From: Parcubacteria group bacterium Gr01-1014_13
Lineage (GTDB): Bacteria > Patescibacteriota > Patescibacteriia > Magasanikbacterales > GWA2-37-8
DNA: 64,000 bases
Assembly (NCBI GenBank): GCA_007376295.1
Contig: VMGB01000002.1
Coordinates: 66,844-130,843, forward strand
Direction: 5' to 3'
Shown here one piece after another: positions 50,114 to 57,095 of the stretch. Each line of letters opens with the position of its first letter. The stretch's first letter is position 1. Under the pieces are notes generated by a model, which saw nothing but the letters and a program-made list of their open reading frames with translations, was not told the origin of the DNA and made no database searches. The position numbers and the translations under genes were made by a program.

Positions 50114-50656
50114 ACGATCATCAGAGTTTTGTCGTTGCATACGAGGAACGCGGAACGGTAATATGCCTCAAAAAGTTTCTCAGGAAAATATTTCCAGGAG
50201 CTTCATATCCGTTCACAGAACCTGTGGTCAACGATGGAAAAATATAAGGCATCGGCTGGAGTTACTCTGGCCTCTACTGTTCTAGCTTATCGGTTAACAA
50301 CAACAAGCTTGGTCCGTAAGTTAGAACGACTGTAACGATGCCATCTATATTTTCCATATCGTACTTACTTTTAATATTAGCAATATGTAAAAATGTCATA
50401 AAAATTTATGGACTCGTTGAAGAAGTGCGTAAGTGAAAATGATATTTTGTGCAGTTTTTGTTCTTTAGCTCTTTAAAGGCGATCCAGACAGGAAAAAGAG
50501 GAGATTTGTGGTTATGAGGCAAAGCTGCCTGGATTCATCGGTTTAAGATGGAAATAAAAGCTGTAGTTCTTTCGCCGGGACTATGAATAGCTAATTCATT
50601 TTAAACCCACAATTCAAAAATAATTTAAGACCGGCCTGGAGCCGGTTTTAAATTTT
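50114..50656 (+). ncRNA. Candidate large structured ncRNA (about 540 nt)
   Basis: No ORF of 60 aa or more; three long stems with G-U pairs on the + strand, smaller hairpins, and a terminator at 50622-50656. Confidence 0.55.
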
Positions 50657-50704
50657 GCTCGAAAAAATTAAACCCCGCAGTGTGAGTGCGAGGTGGCGTT
50701 GGGC

Positions 50705-51079
50705 TTAGTCTTTAGGTTGATCTGGTTTTTGATCTTGGATCAACATTACGTCACGACCATCCGGGTCGGTGATGTATACATGAACAAAATTTTTAGCTTC
50801 CTTTACTTCTGTCTTTGGCTCAATACCAAAATCCCTGGCCATTGCCAGTGCTTTGGGGATTGAATCCACATAAAGCATAATGGCATCTTTGGCATATTGG
50901 CTCGATAAGTTATAGAGCTCAACCACCAGTTCAGTTTCTTTGTCAGCGAGCGGCTCTAGTTGAAAGTGCAGAGGTCCGCCATGTTCATGTTTGACTGCGT
51001 TCAGGCCTAATTTTGTATAGAAATCCGCGGTAATTTTTTTGTCCGCGCAACGAAGGACAAATCCGGCGATTTTTGCCAT
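50705..51079 (-). CDS. VOC/glyoxalase-fold protein
   Basis: FYTKLGL...EHGGP.H...VELY...VDS...DPDGR. Confidence 0.85.
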   Translation of the reverse strand: MAKIAGFVLRCADKKITADFYTKLGLNAVKHEHGGPLHFQLEPLADKETELVVELYNLSSQYAKDAIMLYVDSIPKALAMARDFGIEPKTEVKEAKNFVHVYITDPDGRDVMLIQDQKPDQPKD

Positions 51080-51081
51080 CG

Positions 51082-51456
51082 CTACACCACCTTTTGTTTG
51101 CAGTGTGAGCAGATTCTTTTATTTACCGAACAGTTGTAGCAAAGTTTACAAGGCGCTTTGTGCGTTTGGCAACCCTCGCAAACATGCCAGTTATCAGAGT
51201 GTTCTTCTTTGCGGCAACAATCTGCTGTATGGCCATTTTTGTCCATGATATGTTTTTCCAGAGAAGGACCGTCTGGATCCATATCTACCGCTATATCTAT
51301 TTTGCAATTAGGACAGTGGAATATGACAACTCTAAATTCATGTTCTGGGAATTTATCATATAAGTCGGGGTGTTCCCATTGTTCATCGTCTTTTAGAGGT
51401 GGTACAAATGGGCTGTCTTTTGTGCAAATTTTCTTGATTGATTGTTTGTTACCCAT
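51082..51456 (-). CDS. Cys-rich (multiple CxxC) orphan protein
   Basis: CPNC, CEGC, CKLC..C, CSHC; SD AGGAGG; TTGTAA-17-TATTAT. Confidence 0.75.
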   Translation of the reverse strand: MGNKQSIKKICTKDSPFVPPLKDDEQWEHPDLYDKFPEHEFRVVIFHCPNCKIDIAVDMDPDGPSLEKHIMDKNGHTADCCRKEEHSDNWHVCEGCQTHKAPCKLCYNCSVNKRICSHCKQKVV

Positions 51457-51522
51457 TGTTTTCCTCCTACAGGAAATGGCTAAAAAATAATACCACTAAA
51501 GGGGTATTATTACAAAAATTTT

Positions 51523-51542
51523 TGGTTCCCGGGTCTGGATTC
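51523..51542 (-). repeat. Relic tRNA 3' end (att-like)
   Basis: GAATCCAGACCCGGGAACCA vs tRNA-Asn GAGTCCAGGCCTGGGAGCCA (16/20, CCA retained). Confidence 0.75.
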
Positions 51543-51558
51543 ATAAGGGGGCTCAAAC

Positions 51559-52599
51559 TTAACTGCCGGTGAATTTTAAACCGCTGATTGAAACGTCGTC
51601 ACATCCGCAGGTTGAATCTACACAGGTTGCGATTAAACTTTCAACCTCTGCGGACACAAAGGTCTGCGCTGTTGCCATAGAACCGGGCCCCTTTGCCTTT
51701 ACCTTGACGGCGGATACGGAATCGATGATAATTTTGAAAAAATCTTGATTGCAAGTAAACCCTTTTCTTTTTGGTTCGGTGTCAAAACTCGCGTGTTCTG
51801 CCTCCACGATTTTGATACTGGGAAGCGATATATCGGGAATTTTTAAATTCGGATCTAATTGTTTAACTTTATTGATGATACCGCCCATCTGCTGGAGCCA
51901 GCTTAAAATCTCTTCATCTTTTACGCCAGCCCCTACGCTAGTCCCTACTTCATATTCATAGCCGCAATCTTTGGGGAGAAATTCATGTCTCAAGCCGGCG
52001 GATGCGACCGCTTCTGGATTTCGTCCAAACGGCAGTTTTTTTGAGAGCGGGAAAAACCACCGCGAGTTTCGGAGTCGCGTTTTTGCCTCGCCCCAGGCGC
52101 GCAAAACTACCCAGCCATTAACATGCGGCCTGCATTCACAACCGGACGGACGGTGGAATTTTCCATCAATAATTAAAGTCCCATCAACTTTGGATTTCGC
52201 CTCAACCGTTCCGGAAAGTTTTCGCGACCATACTCTTGCTTTTCCTCTAACGGTATTAATCCCCGGGCCGTAAGATTCAAGTTGGGCTTCGGCATACCCC
52301 GCGTTCCAGTTGTTTACTTTTCCATCCGTATTGGGATCCGTGCGAGGCGGGGAAAATTGCACTGTAACCTCCCAACCGCAACGACCTTCGTGCGGAAGCT
52401 TTCGGTAAGCAATGAGTTCCGGTCGATCTTCCGATGTGATTCTTTTAAAATCTCGTCCCAATACATAGCGAAGAAACGGGGAACGCGTCCGCACTCTTCT
52501 TCTAACAACAGCGGCGATGATAATAAATACTACAATGGCCACAACTATCACCACCACACTATTTGTGGCATATGTTGGCGTCGAAACGAAATCCTCCAT
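51559..52599 (-). CDS. Single-TM, Cys-containing beta-rich hypothetical protein
   Basis: 346-aa ORF between tRNA-Asn and its relic 3' end. Confidence 0.8.
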   Translation of the reverse strand: MEDFVSTPTYATNSVVVIVVAIVVFIIIAAVVRRRVRTRSPFLRYVLGRDFKRITSEDRPELIAYRKLPHEGRCGWEVTVQFSPPRTDPNTDGKVNNWNAGYAEAQLESYGPGINTVRGKARVWSRKLSGTVEAKSKVDGTLIIDGKFHRPSGCECRPHVNGWVVLRAWGEAKTRLRNSRWFFPLSKKLPFGRNPEAVASAGLRHEFLPKDCGYEYEVGTSVGAGVKDEEILSWLQQMGGIINKVKQLDPNLKIPDISLPSIKIVEAEHASFDTEPKRKGFTCNQDFFKIIIDSVSAVKVKAKGPGSMATAQTFVSAEVESLIATCVDSTCGCDDVSISGLKFTGS

Positions 52600-52687
52600 A
52601 CTATTTAATAGTAGGTTAATTAGCTATTTTATTATATCACAACTGGTAACAAACAAAAAACGTCGTTTTTGGCGACGTTATTCGAAC

Positions 52688-52762
52688 TGGCTCCCAGGCC
52701 TGGACTCGAACCAGGGAAATCCACGTTAACAGCGTGGCGTTGTACCGCTCAACTACCTGGGA
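52688..52762 (-). tRNA. tRNA-Asn(GTT)
   Basis: TCCCAGGTAG...CCACG-CTGTTAA-CGTGG...GTTCGAGT...CCTGGGAGCCA. Confidence 0.95.
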
Positions 52763-52897
52763 ATAATATTTGTTCAAGTAAATTTAAGAATATAATAATT
52801 TTTGACCAATGTCAATCAAATATTAAGAGCTTGAAACATATCCGGCTTCATGCTACGCTTTTTCTGGCTCTAAACCCTACCAAAGGAGGGTAAAGAA

Positions 52898-53197
52898 TTG
52901 GCGAAAAGGCCTGAAAAAGCGCTGGACGAGTCCATGCAACAAGTAATGGCTGAAGTCGAGCGGAAGGTCAACGACAAGTTGATGGATCCGCACCAAAGGG
53001 GTGATGAAGAGGAAAAGCCGGTCCCTTTTGAATGCCCGATGCCATGGTGCGGCAATAGTGAGTATATCAAACTCACCCAATCCAACGGCGTTCGTGGTCC
53101 CAATGGCGGCAGCACTATCATTGGTTATGAGTGTTGTGGGTGTTCTGTAAGATTTGGCGATCCTGCCAAATTTTCCAATATAAAAGGCGGGGGCTAA
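52898..53197 (+). CDS. Zn-ribbon-like orphan protein
   Basis: CPMPWC...CCGC; TTGAAA(52831)-17-TACGCT; SD AAGGAGG with TTG start. Confidence 0.75.
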   Translation: MAKRPEKALDESMQQVMAEVERKVNDKLMDPHQRGDEEEKPVPFECPMPWCGNSEYIKLTQSNGVRGPNGGSTIIGYECCGCSVRFGDPAKFSNIKGGG

Positions 53198-53346
53198 TGG
53201 ATGACATTCTCCTGTGTATCTTTGTTGCTATAGTACTAGTCGCAGCAACGAGGCATGTGTTCTATATCATTTATAGCCAACGCCGTGAACGTGACTTTGT
53301 CAGAGACATAACGATGGCCAGTAAAAAGAAAGACAAAGCTCTTTAA
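53197..53346 (+). CDS. Small single-TM protein
   Basis: MDDILLCIFVAIVLVAATRH..., TAATG-coupled to the upstream ORF. Confidence 0.6.
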   Translation: MDDILLCIFVAIVLVAATRHVFYIIYSQRRERDFVRDITMASKKKDKAL

Positions 53347-53443
53347 TTGTCGGGCGAGGTGTACATATATAATATGGCCTCGCTTTTTTAAATAAATAAG
53401 CAACCCATTGTAGGGGTTGCTTTGAAAAAAGATCGGAGTGCTT

Positions 53444-53779
53444 TTACCAAAACCAGTGCCAAAATTGCCACCAGGGATAAGTTTGTTTTTTCTTACCCCA
53501 TTCTTCGGGGATGCCTTTTATGACAACCCCACTGCCTTTTTCGGAAGCATCATGGAATTCTTGGGATGTGGCCCTTTTTTTCGGTATATCTTTTTTATCG
53601 GCACACTCCCGGCAGTGACCATAAAACAATTCATAGTCGGCCTTGGCGCAATACCGGCATTTTAATCTGGGCGGGGCTCCGAATAGCCCTCCCATGTCAG
53701 CGAGATAAATAGGGTGTTTTTCCCATTCAGCCTTGAGCGGCTCTTTCGGATCTTCTCGAAATGGACCGTCTTTTCCCAT
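53444..53779 (-). CDS. Zn-finger-like orphan protein
   Basis: CRYC...CREC, Trp-rich C-terminus; SD AGGAGGT; TTGACT-17-TAAAAT. Confidence 0.75.
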   Translation of the reverse strand: MGKDGPFREDPKEPLKAEWEKHPIYLADMGGLFGAPPRLKCRYCAKADYELFYGHCRECADKKDIPKKRATSQEFHDASEKGSGVVIKGIPEEWGKKKQTYPWWQFWHWFW

Positions 53780-53893
53780 AAGACCACCTCCTCAAGATTT
53801 GGATTTTATTGTAAAAATAGAAAAAAGTCAAGCATAAACAGCTGTTGCCAACGAAATTAACGCATGGTAGAATTAAACAAGTTTAAATTTTCT

Positions 53894-55141
53894 ATGAAAT
53901 ACTCTCAACTTTTCGGAAAAACCAGTAAAAGTATCCAGGCCGATGCTGACAGTGCCAATGCTAAACTGCTCACGCAGGGCGGATTTGTGGCTAAACAGAT
54001 GGCCGGTGTATATAATTATCTGCCTTTAGGATTGCGCGTTCTCACCAAAATTCAAAATATTGTTCGTGAAGAAATGAATGCGGTAGGCGGCAATGAAATT
54101 TTAATGCCAGCCATGACCCAAGAAGCCAGTTATGTACAAACTGGCCGAGACAATATGGATGTTTTGTTTCATTTACAAGGCAGAGACGAAAGTGAATTGG
54201 TTTTGAACCCTACCCACGAAGAAGTGGTGACGCCTTTGGCGCAAAAATATATTTTTTCTTATCGCGATTTGCCAATGGCTGTATATCAAATCCAAAATAA
54301 ATTCCGCAACGAACCGCGCGCTAAATCCGGACTTTTGCGTGGCAGGGAATTTAATATGAAAGATATGTATTCTTTTCATGTTTCCCAAGAAGATCTGGAT
54401 GCTTTCTATAACGAAAAAATGATTCCTGCTTACGAAAAAATTTATCAAAGATTGGGTATTGGCAATGAAACTATTTTGACTTCCGCTTCTGGTGGAGCGT
54501 TCTCACGATATTCGCATGAATTTCAGACGCTTTGCGATATTGGCGAGGATACAGTGTACTTGTGTGAAAAATGCGGACAAGCCATAAACAAAGAAATAAT
54601 GGAAGAAGTGACTGGATGCCTTAATGACAAATGTCTGAACCCAAAAGATAATTTAGTAGAAAGAAAAGCTATTGAAGTCGGAAACATTTTTAAATTAGCC
54701 GCCCGTTTTAGCGAAGCCTTTGATTTTAAATATGCTGATTCCGAGGGTAAAGAACAATTAGTGCAGATGGGTTGCTATGGTATTGGGCCATCTCGTCTTA
54801 TGGGCGCGCTGGTAGAAGTTTTTCATGATGACAAAGGTATTATCTGGCCAAAGTCTGTGGCGCCATATGCAGTGCATTTAGTATCACTTGGAGCAGACGA
54901 CAATGTAAATGAAGAAGCGGCGAAATTGTACGAAAAATTGACTGGTAAAGGTATTGAAGTTTTGTGGGATGACCGTGACGCTAGCGCCGGAGCAAAATTG
55001 GCCGATGCGGATTTAATCGGTATTCCTACCAGACTCGTGCTTTCCAAAAAGACATTAGCCGAAGACTCGGTGGAAGTAAAAGAAAGAAATGAAAAAGATG
55101 CGGAGATGGTGAAGTTGTCTGATATTCTAAAAAAGATTTAA
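53894..55141 (+). CDS. proS: Prolyl-tRNA synthetase (short, no editing domain)
   Basis: PTHEE, KFRNEPR, RGREF.MKD.YSF, IEVGNIFKL, MGCYGIG. Confidence 0.96.
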   Translation: MKYSQLFGKTSKSIQADADSANAKLLTQGGFVAKQMAGVYNYLPLGLRVLTKIQNIVREEMNAVGGNEILMPAMTQEASYVQTGRDNMDVLFHLQGRDESELVLNPTHEEVVTPLAQKYIFSYRDLPMAVYQIQNKFRNEPRAKSGLLRGREFNMKDMYSFHVSQEDLDAFYNEKMIPAYEKIYQRLGIGNETILTSASGGAFSRYSHEFQTLCDIGEDTVYLCEKCGQAINKEIMEEVTGCLNDKCLNPKDNLVERKAIEVGNIFKLAARFSEAFDFKYADSEGKEQLVQMGCYGIGPSRLMGALVEVFHDDKGIIWPKSVAPYAVHLVSLGADDNVNEEAAKLYEKLTGKGIEVLWDDRDASAGAKLADADLIGIPTRLVLSKKTLAEDSVEVKERNEKDAEMVKLSDILKKI

Positions 55142-55188
55142 ATTAAAATTAAAAAAGCCCCGTGACGGGGCTTTTTTGTTTTAAATTT

Positions 55189-55584
55189 TTACAAATTTTC
55201 TTCCTTGCTGCGTAGTATTCTCCAGTGAATCAGGAATAGGGGGATACCAACCACTATCATAGAAATATCTCGGACAACATCTCGTTGTTTCTGGGCTAGA
55301 CGGCTAGCTTCCTGTTGTTTGATATTTTCTTCGTTTGATTTTTCACATTCTGCTTTGGTTGGGGCTGGTACTGCTTTTGGATCTGTTGTTGGTGGTACTT
55401 CGCAGACAGCTCTGGGATAGGCATACATATCTTTGTCTGCGGCGGTAAACACCCAAGTTCTTAGAGCGATGTTTATCAGGTCAGCAGCTGAAAATACCAC
55501 CATCATTAAAGCCACAAAAGATACGAGGTAGAAATACAGGCTTTTTATAACCCTACCTTTATGTGTCGGAGTATGATTTTCCAT
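55189..55584 (-). CDS. 2-TM CPR-type hypothetical protein
   Basis: LYFYLVSFVAL...C...C...VGIPLFLIHW. Confidence 0.8.
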   Translation of the reverse strand: MENHTPTHKGRVIKSLYFYLVSFVALMMVVFSAADLINIALRTWVFTAADKDMYAYPRAVCEVPPTTDPKAVPAPTKAECEKSNEENIKQQEASRLAQKQRDVVRDISMIVVGIPLFLIHWRILRSKEENL

Positions 55585-55597
55585 AGTTTTTAAATTA

Positions 55598-56572
55598 TTA
55601 AATTAAACCCATTTTTGTTTTGACATCTACCATTTTTTTCTCGGCAATCGCGCGCGCTTTTTTGTTCCCTTCTTCCAATATAGATTTTACTTCATTGTCA
55701 TCGAGTGCATTAAATTTAGCTTGGAAATCAGAGAGGAATTCTGTGACCGTGGCGGTAAGTCCTTTTTTAAAATCCGCGTATCCTTTGCCTGTATATTCTT
55801 TTTCAATTTCTTTTATAGTTTTACCAGAAAGTAATGAATAGATAGTAAGTAAATTGGTGAGAGCTGGTTTATCCTTGCCAGATTCTATGGTACTGCCGGA
55901 ATCGGTAACTGCTTTAGAGATTTTTTTGGCTGCAACTTCTGGGCTGTCGAGCAGAGCGATGTAGTTATTAGCGCTGGTAGCACTTTTACTCATTTTTTTG
56001 CTTGGGTCGTCTAGGCCCATAATGCGCGCGCCTTCTTTTTTAATTAAAGGTTCTGGCACTAAAAAAGTTTTGCTATAAGCAGAGTTAAAACGCTCGGCCA
56101 AATCTCTCGTTAATTCCACATGTTGTTTTTGGTCTTCGCCCACAGGCACAATTTCGGGGTCGTATAATAGGATGTCGGCGGACATCAGTACTGGATAATC
56201 AAACAGACCCATGTTGATATTTTCCTTATGCTGGCTGGCTTTATCTTTAAATTGGGTCATTCGTTCTAGCTCTCCCAACTTTGCAATCGTATTTAAAACC
56301 CAAGCCAATTCAGCATGCTGTGGCACCTGTGATTGTACAAAAATTGTCGATTTATTTGGATCTATACCCAAAGCCAAATATGTTTTGGCTACATTTAAAA
56401 CATTTTGTCGTAAAACTTTTGGATCTTGTTTAATCGTAATTGCGTGCAAATCGACAATGCAATAAAAAGAATCATATTGATCTTGTAATTCAACCCAGTT
56501 TTTTATCGCGCCTAAGTAGTTGCCAAGGTGTAAATTGTTTGTCGGCTGAACGCCGGAGACAGCACGCTTCAT
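55598..56572 (-). CDS. trpS: Tryptophanyl-tRNA synthetase
   Basis: SGVQPT, HLGN, VPVGEDQ, KMSKS. Confidence 0.98.
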   Translation of the reverse strand: MKRAVSGVQPTNNLHLGNYLGAIKNWVELQDQYDSFYCIVDLHAITIKQDPKVLRQNVLNVAKTYLALGIDPNKSTIFVQSQVPQHAELAWVLNTIAKLGELERMTQFKDKASQHKENINMGLFDYPVLMSADILLYDPEIVPVGEDQKQHVELTRDLAERFNSAYSKTFLVPEPLIKKEGARIMGLDDPSKKMSKSATSANNYIALLDSPEVAAKKISKAVTDSGSTIESGKDKPALTNLLTIYSLLSGKTIKEIEKEYTGKGYADFKKGLTATVTEFLSDFQAKFNALDDNEVKSILEEGNKKARAIAEKKMVDVKTKMGLI

Positions 56573-56685
56573 AACATATTTAAATAGTAATGCTGATAGT
56601 TTACAGAATTTATCCTAGGTTGTAAACCCTGTATTAAAAAAATTTACCCTCCGATGTTATGTAATCGGAGGGCGAGGCGGTTGGA

Positions 56686-56862
56686 TTAGAAAATAGGGTA
56701 AGAGCGGAAGCTGCCAGGAAAATACGGTTTGTATTCCCGATATTCTTGGGGCATAACATGATACGGATAGTACATTTGCGGACAGCGCGGGTAACCGGCG
56801 TTTTCCGCCACCCAACTTAATGCCAAATACCAAATTTTGTCCCACCAACTATATTCTGTCAT
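56686..56862 (-). CDS. Aromatic-rich 58-aa orphan protein (not in ORF track)
   Basis: MTEYSWWDKIWYLALSWVAENAGYPRCPQMYYPYHVMPQEYREYKPYFPGSFRSYPIF*; SD AAGGAG; TTGACT-17-TACTAT; hairpin 56647-56672. Confidence 0.7.
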   Translation of the reverse strand: MTEYSWWDKIWYLALSWVAENAGYPRCPQMYYPYHVMPQEYREYKPYFPGSFRSYPIF

Positions 56863-57095
56863 CAGCAGACTCCTTTAGGTTTTTGCTAGAGGGATAGTAG
56901 CTTTGATGAAGCAAAAAGTCAATGTCAAAAAGTTATTAACAGGCTGGGGAAAACTATTGTTTTTAGTTGTTGGAAACTATGTTACGCTTAAAACAGAATT
57001 TGTGCTTTGGTAACAAGGCATAGAATGCTCTCTGACAATTTAATACGGTACTAACAACAACAAAACAACAACTACAACAAAGGTAGGGTGGAATC

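Noticed and set aside
50163-50285. 40-aa ORF MPQKVSQ...LLF
   Set aside because: No recognisable features, and it lies wholly within long stems; more likely incidental, though not excluded
50114-50656. RNase P, tmRNA or SRP identity for the structured region
   Set aside because: GAGGAAC.. and ACAGAAC.. only loosely resemble RNase P P4 and do not pair correctly; there are no tRNA-like tmRNA ends and no SRP GGAA-loop motif
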